Part shown: piece by piece, positions 52,601-63,959 of the stretch
Layout of the letters: each line of letters begins with the position of its first letter
Numbering within the stretch: position 1 is the stretch's first letter
NCBI GenBank assembly: GCA_000091205.1
Contig: AP006502.2
Reading direction: 5' to 3' (one strand)
Source of the DNA: Cyanidioschyzon merolae
Lineage: Eukaryota
DNA length: 64,000 nucleotides
Position numbers and translations under genes: made by a program
The notes under the pieces: generated by a model
Told to the model about the DNA's origin: nothing
The model's input: only the letters and a program-made list of their open reading frames with translations
Database searches by the model: none

Positions 52601-53780
52601 GGCATCCACGCATACCGAACACTTGTGCATGATGAAAAAAGTTGAGAAGAGGAGCGTCTGACAGAGCCGAATGCATGAGATAGTACACGGTAAAATGAAC
52701 GAACTTCAGATGGCGAGGCGATCGAAAACGAGCGGCTTGGTGTATTGTGATTCCACCAGAGATTCTGTGCGCAAGCACTTGTTTTACACCGAATGTTTAA
52801 CGCCTCGATCAAGAGTCCGAAATATGTTTTACTCCAGTAGCGTCCAGTGGGTGTATAGCAGGCAAATTTTAGAGAGAAGCATCTAGAATTGAGAGTGTGC
52901 CAATTGTCGAGGCGATGAAGACTTGCATTAAAAAACTTCGAGGCCACGGGAGAGGCAATTGCATTCTCGTATGGAGCAAGGCAGCGGTATGGTAGGGGTC
53001 GAAATTCCAGAAAGACCGGGACGCTGCGTACACGCACCGTAAAACGCTTCCACGTCCAGTTGGTAAACGATAATCATGTTCCACCTTTACGTATTACCGA
53101 ATATAAACATTCATTGCCCTTACCCGCCGGAAAAACGCGTATCGTATGGTACCGTCGAGAGCGATGCCAAGTCGAGTTTTGTGCAACAGTCTCTGGGCAG
53201 CTTGCGTGACCTGGGCTTGATGTCTTCGATGCGATCGCTTCTGGCCGGTACGCTGTACACCGAATAGTCGAGGCGAGTCGCAGGTGTAGTACGCGGGCTG
53301 CGATTCAGGCTCGGAATCACCAGCGGCGAGAGCAGCGCGTTCTCGTGCCGCCACGCAGCTTCCGTGTCCGGCGGGATGCTGACGTCGCACGGCAAAAGCA
53401 CAGGCGACGTGGCGTCCAGTGGCATGATGCCCGAGAACCGGAAGCATTTATGCCCTCAAAGCTGGTGCAGTTGCCGGGAATCTTCTCCGGAGCAGCAGAT
53501 CATCGCCTATGCTGTAGGCGTGTTAACGAATGCTCACAAATGCCGTCCAGAATATCTCGATGGGCAAGCAATCCACATCATCCTCTGAAAGCGCGGGTCA
53601 CTGCGCAGGATCGTCTCCCAGCAGGATGTCGGCAGCGCACTGCTGTCCTCGCCTCGCTCGAAGCGAGCATTCACCCAGAACCAGGGTATGCAAGGACGTC
53701 GTGACGGACACTGGGCGTTGCGCTGAAGCCTCCGCTGCCGATTGCATCGCGCCCAGCGATGCAATCGGTACCGAACCGCT

Positions 53781-55277
53781 TTAACATGGCGGCATGCGCG
53801 CTTCTCGCGGCAATAAAAGATCGACCAGCAGGCATCCGAAACCAGCAATGCCCTCATATAAACTGTATGGGTTATCCGGGATTCGGGTGCCTTCAACGTA
53901 TAGCAGCCAAGGCACTCGATCAATGGCGCTTGCCATGCCGGCATCAGGCACAGCTTTCGAGCGGGATACCTGAAAGTCCGCAAACGCAAGCGCCCGTTGC
54001 AAATATTCGATAGCGTTCGGGTCAGATGACCTCGCGATCTGATAACAACAGAGCAGGGCATAGGCATTGCCGCCGATGCCGTGGCACAGCCCCGGACCCT
54101 TTCGCAGCAATCCCTCTTGCCAGGTCACGCGCGCCGCAAGCGAAGCTTCTTCCGACAGATTCGGAAAGTGCGGGTATCGGCGCTGTGTAGCAGCACAGAG
54201 AAAAAGCGCACCGGGCGATCCATGACACCATTGCACGAGGCGTTTGCTATCAGTGCTACGTAGCTCTTGAAAACGACTTCGTTCCTGAAGCTTGACCCGA
54301 GTGTCGTAAAAGCCATCGGGCTCACGATGACTAAAAATGAACCCTAGCGTGTTCTTTAAAAGTGCGTCGCTCTGCGTGGGGCGCGCCTTCTCCGGCAGTG
54401 CCGCACAGGCCTCCAAGAGCGCTGCAGTCACACCCATGAGTCCATGGGCGAAACCCATGTACATATTGTCGTGCCACTGGTAGAGCAAGATATTCGCACC
54501 GGGCTGGCAATTGTCCGCCAGAATGGAACCTCGCATCATCAGATACTCAACAACATCCTCTGCAATATCTTGCCCGAGCCACTGCGCATTCGGCCCGAGC
54601 TCCCTTTGCAGGTAGAGCCAGCCGAGGAGATACCCGGCACTCCCGTAGAGTACCTCGTCGGCACAAGACGGCGCCTGATGTTGCGTGTCAGGTACAGCAT
54701 ATTGTCCCATACGTATAAATTGCTCCATGTACGCCTTGCAGGCTTCCGTGTTCGCCCTCGCATTCTCCACGAGCACGCTTGCGAGATAGACCCCAGCTTG
54801 TCCACAGAACACACTTGGACCTCGTTCGGCAACAACCTGATCCCAACGGAACGTGCCGCGCTGGTGACTCTGTGAAAGACCCTGCAAACTGAACGATGCG
54901 TACTCTGCAGCGCTGGCAAGCGCCGACTCTGCGAGCTCCTGCATGGCCTGCCGCAGAGACTCGTCCATACTCGGCTCTTGCGAGATCCTTTTCAGGTTTC
55001 GCCAAACGTGATAGAAGAATATACAGATACCGGCACCGCCGGTGTACAATGTTGGGTCACGTAGCGCGAAACGCGGCGGGTACCGCGTCTGGATCGCCCG
55101 GGCTGTACACCGCAAGTTGTCCAGCGTCTTCAGAGCAAAGGTCGTAAAGACCTCAGAATCATAGCGACCTTGATCTAGCACTTGTGCAAGCTCGCTAAAC
55201 TGGGAAGGGTTCAGGTCGTTCTCGAAGAACCGAGCCCCCTTGCGAAAGCGCACCGTCCCCCTGCGTGGTGTTGCCAT
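53781..55277 (-). CDS. LanC-like protein (eukaryotic LANCL / GCR2-like)
   Basis: 498-aa ORF. LanC fold motifs YGSAGYLLGWLYL, GFAHGLMGV, WCHGSPGALFL and LCHGIGGNAYALL (the three zinc-ligand C/H positions), and the C-terminal PYSLYEGIAGFGCLLVDLL, comparable to human LANCL1 (HWCHGAPGVIYML, GLCHGSAGNAYAFL, FSLFEGMAGTIYFLADLL). Confidence 0.85.
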   Translation of the reverse strand: MATPRRGTVRFRKGARFFENDLNPSQFSELAQVLDQGRYDSEVFTTFALKTLDNLRCTARAIQTRYPPRFALRDPTLYTGGAGICIFFYHVWRNLKRISQEPSMDESLRQAMQELAESALASAAEYASFSLQGLSQSHQRGTFRWDQVVAERGPSVFCGQAGVYLASVLVENARANTEACKAYMEQFIRMGQYAVPDTQHQAPSCADEVLYGSAGYLLGWLYLQRELGPNAQWLGQDIAEDVVEYLMMRGSILADNCQPGANILLYQWHDNMYMGFAHGLMGVTAALLEACAALPEKARPTQSDALLKNTLGFIFSHREPDGFYDTRVKLQERSRFQELRSTDSKRLVQWCHGSPGALFLCAATQRRYPHFPNLSEEASLAARVTWQEGLLRKGPGLCHGIGGNAYALLCCYQIARSSDPNAIEYLQRALAFADFQVSRSKAVPDAGMASAIDRVPWLLYVEGTRIPDNPYSLYEGIAGFGCLLVDLLLPREARMPPC

Positions 55278-56640
55278 TTCGCCCGGAAAGCGCCTGCAGC
55301 GCTACGCAGCTCTTGTATGACCAATGCTCAGCAAGCCGCTCGCGCGTGCTGTGCAGAGGAACACCACAACTGCTAGACTAGACTTTTGCACGTAAACGTG
55401 TCTGGACCTTCAAGGATTATGCGCTATGCTCCAGAAGGGCCTGCCACGCACGCGAACGCTTATCGTTGGCGCTGGAGTGTGCACTGGAGCGCAACGCGAC
55501 CGCCGCGCGCCAGCCCCAAGTCCAGTGCTGTCCAGTCAGGTCGATATAGAGGGCCTTGTCGATGCACCTGGTCGACAGCGATATCCTTGGAACGTCTGCG
55601 GACGCACTCGATCGTGAAGCGATTACATGCGACCGAGTGACAGTGCAGCTTCGGAGGCGCTAAGTATGCAGCGGTATCGTCGTTGAGGTCGCTGGGCTAG
55701 TCTTGCACTCGAGCCTTGTCTTCTGAACGTTGTTCGAGCGTCTGGGCCTCGGGCGTCGCAGGTCAAGACGTGAGCGTGTGTCCACGGAAAGGACTAGGTA
55801 CCGGGGATGACACCTCGCACACGCGCCAGTTCATAAGCGGCGATTCCGCAAATCTTTCTGCATAGCGCTCATCTCTTATCACTAGCAAGTCTGATCTCGG
55901 AAACAACTCCGGTATAAAGGATTCGATCGGTTCCGACTTTAAGGGTGACGCGGAAGACCTTCCTTGGCGGAAGCAGCATCCCGAGCTGTGAACTAGATGC
56001 ATGCGGCAATCAATCGGTACCGGAAGCTCCCACATGAACGGGTTTTACCTGCTCAATGATAGATGGTGTTGACACCGGCTCTGCAGTGCTCCCCTTCGAC
56101 TGGATGACGGACGAGGAATGAAGCACGGACCCGTGGCATAACAAGGCCGCCACGACGTCAATCTGCTGCGTCGCATATGCGAATCACTCAAGATGGTGTG
56201 GGTACAGCCTTGCACACGTCCGGGCTTCATCAATACCATCGCCGCTCTGATTGAACACCATGAAAAACTGCCCGAGATTCTTCCGCTGCTTGTGAAATGC
56301 AGAGATTTGTGTAGGGGCGCACTGTTCTCGGCCCTGGCTGCTGACAGCACGCGCCCATCATAGGGCAAACGGCCCGATTCATGCATTCATTCGACTCGCT
56401 GCAGAAAAGCGCTGCTGACGCATTCCATTGGGCACGATTCTCTGCGAAAGTTGGCAGCCCGACGCGTTTGGCGTCGCGGATGTCACCCTCGTGCCTATGA
56501 CCCAATCCATATCTGTGACTCGTGGATCAGGTTGCATGCTTGATCTTGTCAGGTGCGAAGACGCGCCCGCGTCGCGGGATGCCACGGGCGCTCATTCGTG
56601 AATCGGAAAACTCCCCATCGTACCAAAGAGCGTCGTTTCC

Positions 56641-59214
56641 TCAGGGCATGGGAAGCGCCCTCCGGCACGTGGGACATTCCAGCTTGATCTCCATCCATTT
56701 CAGGAGACACTCGCTGTGAAAGGCGTGGTCGCAGGGCGTCACCATAACCGCACTTGTTTCCTCATCCTCGAGGCTTTGCATGCAGATTACACAGTCGCCT
56801 TGCGAATGCACCGCGAACGGCCGACTGTATTCGTACTTTTGCGGCCGCAAACGCCTGGGAATGAACCAGCGACCACCCCAGCGTGCTTGGCTCTCCATCC
56901 AAACAATCTGCAGCAAGCTCCAGCATACGAGTCCAATACAGAGTCGCGGCCGCGGTCGCAAATGTAAAAAGTTGGATGGGCATCCCAAAAAGTACAGAGG
57001 CGCCAGCAGCCGCGCACTACTCGAAAGAAGTGCATAGGGCAGCAGAAACGAGCGGCGTGCATCCAGGTACGCAGTTCGAAGGATCTGCGGCAGCCAGTAT
57101 GAATACATTCCGAAAATGATGATATTCAGGTGATTCTGCATGTGATAAATGGCAAGAACACCGATCAGTAGTGCCGCGTAGAAGCGCGAATAGAGTAGCG
57201 AAAGCTCTCGGCGAACGGTGTCCCAGCCAGTATTGTTCACCCGCCAGTTTCGAGCCTTCCAGATCATCAGCAAATACCTCATCTCGAATACGCTAAATAT
57301 CACAAAGTAGAAGAAGGACGCAGTTGCAAAAGCGTTGAAGAGAGCCTGCACGACTACCCCAAAGACGAGATGCATCAGGCACATGTACGCATCCATAATC
57401 GCCTGCATGCCGACGGAGAGCATGCTAATTTTTGCGGCTGACGCCTGCGTATTCGTTGATTCCATCTGCTTCAGAATGACAGCTATCTGCATGATAGCGA
57501 AAAGAATCGACACAAGCGAGTATTTCTGCGCTGCGGAGAGGATTCTCATGGTGTTTGCCGTCGAGAGGCGCAGCTGGAAGCGCGCGCGACCCCGGCACGC
57601 ATCGCTGGTGTCCAGGTCACCGATCATGGACAACTGGGGTAGAACTGCCTCGGCGAGACCGGCCGAGTTCAAGGGCCGCTGTTCGTGATTGCGGCCATTG
57701 TGCTCATTCGAGTACTTGTCCACATGCAGAACAGCTCGGATTGGGCACAAGATGGCCGGGTTGTACCACTGACTTTGAGCTGATTCGTTAGCACTTTTTG
57801 TACGCTCTCGATTCGTGAGCACGGCGGCACGTGTGTTCGCGGCGTTCAGGCGCAACCTCGCCGCGTCCAGCGACACGGACTCCGAGTTGCACGCCTCTCT
57901 TGAACGAAGGGCGTCCTTCGTGCGGCTCAACGTCTCCAGTGTTCCATTTTCGGAGACGCGGGGCCCGCCCGCTGCCTCGGAAGCGGGCGATTGCAGCGCC
58001 TCCACTATTGTTCGTTCGAACGTAGCCAGATCTAGCGGGGTTCGCTCGTCCTTCATTTGAGGCAGGTCTAGGTACGCTTCATAGAGTTGCTTGATGGCGC
58101 CTCGAGGCCGGACTCGGGTATCGCCAGCGAGCAGTAGCGTGCCGTCCGGAAAGCTGTACAGACCCAGCACATTCATCCACACATCGCCTTTGCTACGATA
58201 TCGCCCGTCTCGCAGTAATATGTCACCAAGGACGACATCAATTGCTGCTCGAGGAGAGGCGCCCGCGTCCTGACCACCTCTAGTGCCCGAATTCGAGTCA
58301 TCGAGAAGTTTCGGTGCCAATCGTTGGATGAGCGACAAAGACGCAAAGCCGGAGCTCTCATGCAACCCTAGCTGGTAGACGTCGCGACGTGGAACCGTAA
58401 TTGTGTGCTTGGTGTTCTCCACGACAAGCGACGCATTCCCCGACGGTGCACTTGGCTCGTTTGCACCAGACTGAGAAACTGTCGTCGGGAGCATCCATTT
58501 CCCAGTGATCGTACCGTATATTTCCCGCGGCACTTTGCGTGACGCGCCACGATTCTGTGCGCTCTGCGCGGACACGCCGGTGACGACAGCGAGTTGCCGC
58601 TGGATGCTCCAGCGGCTCAAGTGCGTGCTCTCCAGCGCAATATGACCACTAGGCCTCGATGCAAACGTCTGCTTGTGCCAGACCGGATTCGGACTTTTCA
58701 CCGGTAATGCTGCAGTCATGCGTGCTTGTACCATGAACAGCACAATCACCATGAGCGGAACCAGTGCAAGAGAAAGCAGCCTTTTCCTTACACTGCCATG
58801 CGCCGGCTGCTGGAGCATTTCAGGTCTATTTCGCTCCTGGGGTCGCCGTACTCGCGGCATTCTCGACGTTGGTCGTCGCGCGGCACGTACGGAACCGCCC
58901 AATCTCGCAAGCTCACGCGTGGTCGGCTTGCGGCTTCTCGGATGAGCCACGATCTCTGGTGTCGCGTCAAAAGAAGCGGTTCGTGATTCCAGAATCATCG
59001 CATGAAGACGATATGTTGGTATCGAGGAATTACCCGAAAAATCAACGGCGATGAACGTGCGCGACGCGCCAGAGACGTGGCGAGTCTGGCGCGAAACCCC
59101 GTCTTCCCCCGGTACGTCGTTCGTCTGGAGCGCTGTTGTGCTTCCTATTTCGATCCAGCAGGCAGCCAAGGACTCACAATGCACTGTGATAGTAAACTCG
59201 GAAACGATTGGCAC
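56641..59214 (-). CDS. Polytopic transmembrane RING-H2 E3 ubiquitin ligase (Tul1/Dsc1-like)
   Basis: 857-aa ORF. C-terminal RING-H2 CVICMQSLEDEETSAVMVTPCDHAFHSECLLKWMEIKLECPTCRRALP (C3H2C3). It is preceded by about 7 hydrophobic helices (e.g. LVSILFAIMQIAVILKQM, VVVQALFNAFATASFFYFVIFSVF, LLIGVLAIYHM) and a large luminal domain. A signal-peptide-like segment (LLSLALVPLMVIVLFMV) lies around residue 150, so the true start may be the internal Met (MLQQPAH...). This architecture matches Tul1. Confidence 0.75.
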   Translation of the reverse strand: MPIVSEFTITVHCESLAACWIEIGSTTALQTNDVPGEDGVSRQTRHVSGASRTFIAVDFSGNSSIPTYRLHAMILESRTASFDATPEIVAHPRSRKPTTRELARLGGSVRAARRPTSRMPRVRRPQERNRPEMLQQPAHGSVRKRLLSLALVPLMVIVLFMVQARMTAALPVKSPNPVWHKQTFASRPSGHIALESTHLSRWSIQRQLAVVTGVSAQSAQNRGASRKVPREIYGTITGKWMLPTTVSQSGANEPSAPSGNASLVVENTKHTITVPRRDVYQLGLHESSGFASLSLIQRLAPKLLDDSNSGTRGGQDAGASPRAAIDVVLGDILLRDGRYRSKGDVWMNVLGLYSFPDGTLLLAGDTRVRPRGAIKQLYEAYLDLPQMKDERTPLDLATFERTIVEALQSPASEAAGGPRVSENGTLETLSRTKDALRSREACNSESVSLDAARLRLNAANTRAAVLTNRERTKSANESAQSQWYNPAILCPIRAVLHVDKYSNEHNGRNHEQRPLNSAGLAEAVLPQLSMIGDLDTSDACRGRARFQLRLSTANTMRILSAAQKYSLVSILFAIMQIAVILKQMESTNTQASAAKISMLSVGMQAIMDAYMCLMHLVFGVVVQALFNAFATASFFYFVIFSVFEMRYLLMIWKARNWRVNNTGWDTVRRELSLLYSRFYAALLIGVLAIYHMQNHLNIIIFGMYSYWLPQILRTAYLDARRSFLLPYALLSSSARLLAPLYFLGCPSNFLHLRPRPRLCIGLVCWSLLQIVWMESQARWGGRWFIPRRLRPQKYEYSRPFAVHSQGDCVICMQSLEDEETSAVMVTPCDHAFHSECLLKWMEIKLECPTCRRALPMP

Positions 59215-60082
59215 GAGAACCCGCTGGAGTCCTTCGGGAGCACAGGTTGCAGCTCTCTGTCCACGTCAAGCTTCTCAGCAAAGCCTTCTTCAGAACAGTC
59301 GCTGATCGACTGATGCTTCTAATGGCTGCTATATTGCGCGTTCCACAAGGCCAGCCGCCGGGAGAAGCAATCCTAAAAGTGCTGCGTTCGCGCTCTGAGC
59401 TCTAAAATATCTGTTAGAGAGTTCGGTGGCTCGGCTCTTACCCAGAAGTAACCACGGCTCCACAGCTACGCAGCTCCAGTCCAGCGCTAGATGTTTCCTC
59501 ACTCAAAAAATACCTAATCAGGATCCGCTTTGCTCAATTCGTCGGCCACGCGGAGCGTGTGAGCCTCGACGTCGACGCTTGCGCACGTCGCGAAGGTTTG
59601 AGGTGTGGACTCCCGCTGTTTTCGGTGCAGCGACGCAGCCTGTTCCGCAGCAACAGTATACAAGTCGCTACACGGGAAAGCGTCCTTCACAAACGCCACA
59701 CTTGTTTACCAACGCTCCCGCCGACGATAGCAAGATACACGGAAGGGTGTACAACTTCCAGTTGATCGCTGTTGCACCAAAGCCGCGAATCGCCATCATT
59801 CGCGTGGCCAGGACGATATTAGTCATTGTGTATGATCTCCTCTAGATATGAAACATATATGTAATTATACGTTCATATCTCCATAAATATGAATCATTCA
59901 GACTCGCCGCATGCTGGGACGGCAGCGACGCTGCCAGCGCCACCGGTACTTCTTGCCGTGGGCGCGTTTCCCCAGCCAGTGCTCGTAACTACGGTTGGTT
60001 CCAGTGTCAACAACAAGTGGCTGGCACTTGCGTGACGGCGAGAGAACTACTATCGCTGCTCTTCCGTTTGGAGGTAGCACCA

Positions 60083-61630
60083 ATGTTGGTTCTGCTTGAG
60101 ACGTCCACAGGCTTTGCCCTGTTCAAGCTTCGCCACGAGTCACGCCTGCGGGCGGCGACCGAAGAAGATCTCGGCGCCATTTTCGAGTCAGATCCGGAGC
60201 GCCTCGGAAAGTTCCTTAAACTGAAAGCTTTTCAAAAGTTCAAGGATCTCTCTGAAGCTTTGACCGCGGCGGCTGCGCTCTCGGAGGGCAAGTTGTCAAA
60301 GAGTTTGAAAAAGTTCTTAAAACGGAATGTGGAGCAGAGCGATGCCGTGGCGGTTTGCGAACCGAAACTCGCCGGCATAGTGAAAGAAAAGCTCGATCTG
60401 GAGTGCGTTTATGATCCGGGTTTGAACGAGGTTATGCGAGGTTTACGTGCGCGGTACTCGGATCTGCTCCGATCGGAGCTGGAACTGGAAACGGAGCGTC
60501 CCATGGTGCTCGGTTTGGCGCACTCGCTTTCTCGATACAAGCTTAAGTTCTCACCCGACAAGATCGATACCATGATTGTACAAGCAATTGCGCTCCTTGA
60601 TGACCTAGACAAGGAAATCAACACATACGCCATGCGATTGCGAGAATGGTTCGGCTGGCACTTCCCGGAACTTTCCAAACTGGTCCCTGACAATGCCCTC
60701 TATGCAAAACTGATCGCCCAGATGGGCACTCGACGAGGTGTCAGCCGCATCGACTGGGAGCAGTTTGGGGACCAAGTGCATAGGGAAGCTGTAGAGTCCG
60801 CAGCACGCGTGAGCATGGGCACGGAAATAAGCGACGAAGATGAGCGGAACATCGAGGAGCTTGCGTTGCAGGTGGTGAGTTTGTCTGAATATCGCGCAGA
60901 GCTCTTTGCGTACCTCTGTAATCGAATGCGGGCGATCGCTCCGAACCTCACAGCCATGGTCGGTGAAATCGTCGGTGCTCGCCTGATTGCACACGCGGGT
61001 AGCCTGCTGAACCTGGCCAAGTTCCCAGCGTCGACGATCCAGATTTTGGGCGCTGAGAAAGCCCTCTTTCGTGCATTGAAGACCAAGCACCCTACACCAA
61101 AGTACGGCTTAATTTACCATGCGAGTTTGGTTGGTCAAGCGCCACCTCGAATCAAAGGCAAAATCTCCAGAGTCCTTGCAGCGAAGACGGCGCTCGCGGT
61201 ACGCCTAGATGCGCTTACCGAACGAGATGAAAATGTCGAGCAAATCACAGCCGTAGATGATGAGTCCGCGGCACGTGTAGCGCTTGGAATGGAGAACCGA
61301 GCAAAGGTTGAACGCCGTCTCCGGCAACTGGAGAGCGCAGCGTCGAGCCGTGCGCCTGGTCGACGTCAAGCGCAATCGTATCCAGCGACGGTACACGCTG
61401 ACAGCACCCGTTCACGGCCGTCACGGTATGATCCGCCGGTGGAAAAACGCAGTTATCGAGTTGGCGATGATGCGTTGCCATCCGACGGCTACTCTTTCCG
61501 ACCTGCGGCCGCGAATAAGGCCCACACCTCTGCGGACCAGGCGGACGATAAGAAGCGCCACAGAAATGGACCCTCTGGTACCGGAAGCCGTGAGAGCAAG
61601 CGTCCCAAGGAGGCAGATGAACGTCCCTAA
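60083..61630 (+). CDS. NOP58: Nucleolar protein 58 (box C/D snoRNP core protein; Nop5 N-terminal, NOSIC and Nop domains)
   Basis: I placed the start at the internal ATG (60083) because MLVLLETSTGFALFKL matches the Nop58 N-terminus (MLVLFETSxGYAIFK). The ORF track begins 22 codons earlier. NOSIC (GLAHSLSRYKLKFSPDKIDTMIVQAIALLDDLDKEINTYAMRLREWFGWHFPEL) and the Nop domain (MVGEIVGARLIAHAGSLLNLAKFPASTIQILGAEKALFRALKTKHPTPKYGLIYHASLVGQAPPRIKGKISRVLAAKTALAVRLDAL) are present, followed by a basic/Lys-rich tail. Confidence 0.9.
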   Translation: MLVLLETSTGFALFKLRHESRLRAATEEDLGAIFESDPERLGKFLKLKAFQKFKDLSEALTAAAALSEGKLSKSLKKFLKRNVEQSDAVAVCEPKLAGIVKEKLDLECVYDPGLNEVMRGLRARYSDLLRSELELETERPMVLGLAHSLSRYKLKFSPDKIDTMIVQAIALLDDLDKEINTYAMRLREWFGWHFPELSKLVPDNALYAKLIAQMGTRRGVSRIDWEQFGDQVHREAVESAARVSMGTEISDEDERNIEELALQVVSLSEYRAELFAYLCNRMRAIAPNLTAMVGEIVGARLIAHAGSLLNLAKFPASTIQILGAEKALFRALKTKHPTPKYGLIYHASLVGQAPPRIKGKISRVLAAKTALAVRLDALTERDENVEQITAVDDESAARVALGMENRAKVERRLRQLESAASSRAPGRRQAQSYPATVHADSTRSRPSRYDPPVEKRSYRVGDDALPSDGYSFRPAAANKAHTSADQADDKKRHRNGPSGTGSRESKRPKEADERP

Positions 61631-62957
61631 GCCACTGGTAGTGCTGGAGGTGGCCTCTTTGATAGCATGCTCACGTGCGCTGGAACGCAACCTGCGCATT
61701 TTAAAATGAAGCGGGACGCGCCTGTCGCTCCATCATCTCTTCGCGTTTTCGCAGCGTCACTGCGGGATGATATGCCCAGCCTACGCAAAAGAGCATGCCC
61801 ATTGATGCCCTGTGCCTGCTCATTTCATATGATACCGAAACAGGCACCAGCGAGTGCTTGTGAATCTCTTCGCGGAGCTTTCCCATTCAGGGTAAAGGAA
61901 AATGGTATTCAGGCCCATGTACGCCGCGACCAATTTCCTATAGTCTTTCACCCCAGTGGTGTTGTGCACCCCCAGGTGCGGTCATCAAATGCGTTTTAGC
62001 GGCTTATAGCAAATGCATTCAAAGTGCGTTCGTTTGAAGAATTAAAAAATTCGAGGGAAAGCCATGGAGATGTAAGTCGGGGATCCCGGAAGGCCGTCAT
62101 CGCCGGCAACCCGGAAAACAACAACCGAAAAATCCCCATCTCGTCGACCACTGAGCGAAAAAGAGCGAAAGGCGAGGAAAAAGTAGGGAGATAGTCCAGA
62201 AAAGGGGTTTGCCCCACGGAACGACGCTGAGTCTGTAGTGGCACACAGGGCACGCATTCGAGGAATCCTTGCACTGGTGAATTCAGCCAGCGGCACTGCA
62301 CGCAACGAGTTCATCAACCGAGACTTTGACGCTGCCATCGATATCAGACGATGTGCGGTGCTACAGACGAGACACGAGGACCCGTCATAATCCAGGTTTG
62401 TGCAGCAGCCTCTCAGGCTCGAAGTGTGCCTTGATAAACTGAAACCGACAGCAGGCGGCTGGTCACAAAAGACTCGGAGGCGTCTGCGCGTGCGTACATA
62501 CAATTACCCTCCATGGTCTTGGGTCATTTTTGGTATCATGGACGCTGCATTTATAATCCGGTTATCTTTGATGGCGCCCAACACGACCACGAACATGAAC
62601 TGAGCACGCATTGCTCAATCAGAACGTTTCGTGGCTTGGTCAGGACAAAAGCCCCCCCCTAAAACCCTCGTGTGCGTTCCTCTTGGCAGCATCGTGCCGC
62701 GAAGCGATCGCTCTCAGGGGGTCCGCATTCAGCGCTGGGGTACCGCTTCCGCTCGCTCTCTGTCTCGCCTCGCCATGGACGCACGCAGGCATGAACGCCG
62801 TACGCTGCACGAGAGTTCGCTCCCTGTGAATGCATATATCCTTTCTGCATTAAACGCTCACATTTCCAGAGCGATTTGGAGCATCCAATGGTGCTCACGA
62901 AAGCGCCGACGACGCCGTAGACGTTCGGCTTCTGATGTATGCGCAAAAAGAAACGTC

Positions 62958-63959
62958 TTACGGGGGATCTTTCGTGCCGGCCTTGAATTCGTCTGGCTGC
63001 GCTGTGTTTGCATCGATGTTCGGGGCCGGCGCATCTGGGGGTTGTGCAAAAAACTTGATCGCTAGAATCGTCACCCAATCGTAAAGGGAATGCGTGATAG
63101 ACGGTGCTGCTAGATTGTGATGTGCCAGTTCAAACTGAATCGCAAAGAAAGCACCAGCCATACTGCTGAGCACGAAGTAAGCGACGTTGGCGGAGTGCGC
63201 GGCGCCAAATGCTAGCGCGCTGACCGCCACCGAGACCGGCAGCACCCCGAAATATCGATCTAGTAGGCCTTGAATCGCTCCACGAAAAAGCGCTTCTTCT
63301 CCGAAGCCGGCAGCCATGCAAAACAGGAGCGTCTCGAGAACACTGCGTTCGCCGAACACCTTTCTGACGGTTAGCTCGGTTAAACGCTTCAGCCGCTTTA
63401 TGGCCGGAATCGGCAATATGTCGAGACTGAAAAAAATCGCTGAGAATGGGACAGTGTAGAGGACGCCATCTCGAACAGCCTCCACATCCGTCCAGTTCGT
63501 GTGCTGAAGAACATCGAAGGAAAAGAGCGCACCCAGTCCGAGTCCTAGGGGAAAGAGGGCGAGTTCGCTCAGCAGACCAATCCAAAACAAGTCTACGGTA
63601 ATTCTTGTGCCAAAGGTGCACACAAAACCTAGTTTCGGTGGTTGTACAGCTGGTACCGGACCGCTTTCGCCAGACGCGCTCCTCGAAGCACGACAGCATC
63701 TTCCGCTGGGCACTGCGGAAACTGTTTCAAACCGAGGAACTGTCACCGAAGCAGATTGCTGCTTGCGAACTTGATAGCGATGAACAAGTTCGCTTTCGCG
63801 ACCTTGACAGCAGTTTACAGACCAGCGCTTGGTGAAAAAGTGGCGCGACCCAGCACAGTACACGAACGCAGTCGCTTGACGTGAAACGAGGCGCTGGTGC
63901 TGCAGGCGTCCCGACGCTGTCATTGGTGCCCGAGCCAGTGCCGCTGCGTACCGCTGCAC
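62958..63959 (-). CDS. CPBP-family (CAAX protease/bacteriocin-processing, Abi) intramembrane metalloprotease-like protein
   Basis: 333-aa ORF. It has the CPBP motifs EExxFR (GFGEEALFRGAIQ), FxxxH (FGAAHSAN) and a third His motif (ITHSLYDW) within a multi-TM region. The Ser/Arg-rich N-terminal roughly 100 aa suggest an organellar targeting peptide. Confidence 0.7.
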   Translation of the reverse strand: MQRYAAALARAPMTASGRLQHQRLVSRQATAFVYCAGSRHFFTKRWSVNCCQGRESELVHRYQVRKQQSASVTVPRFETVSAVPSGRCCRASRSASGESGPVPAVQPPKLGFVCTFGTRITVDLFWIGLLSELALFPLGLGLGALFSFDVLQHTNWTDVEAVRDGVLYTVPFSAIFFSLDILPIPAIKRLKRLTELTVRKVFGERSVLETLLFCMAAGFGEEALFRGAIQGLLDRYFGVLPVSVAVSALAFGAAHSANVAYFVLSSMAGAFFAIQFELAHHNLAAPSITHSLYDWVTILAIKFFAQPPDAPAPNIDANTAQPDEFKAGTKDPP

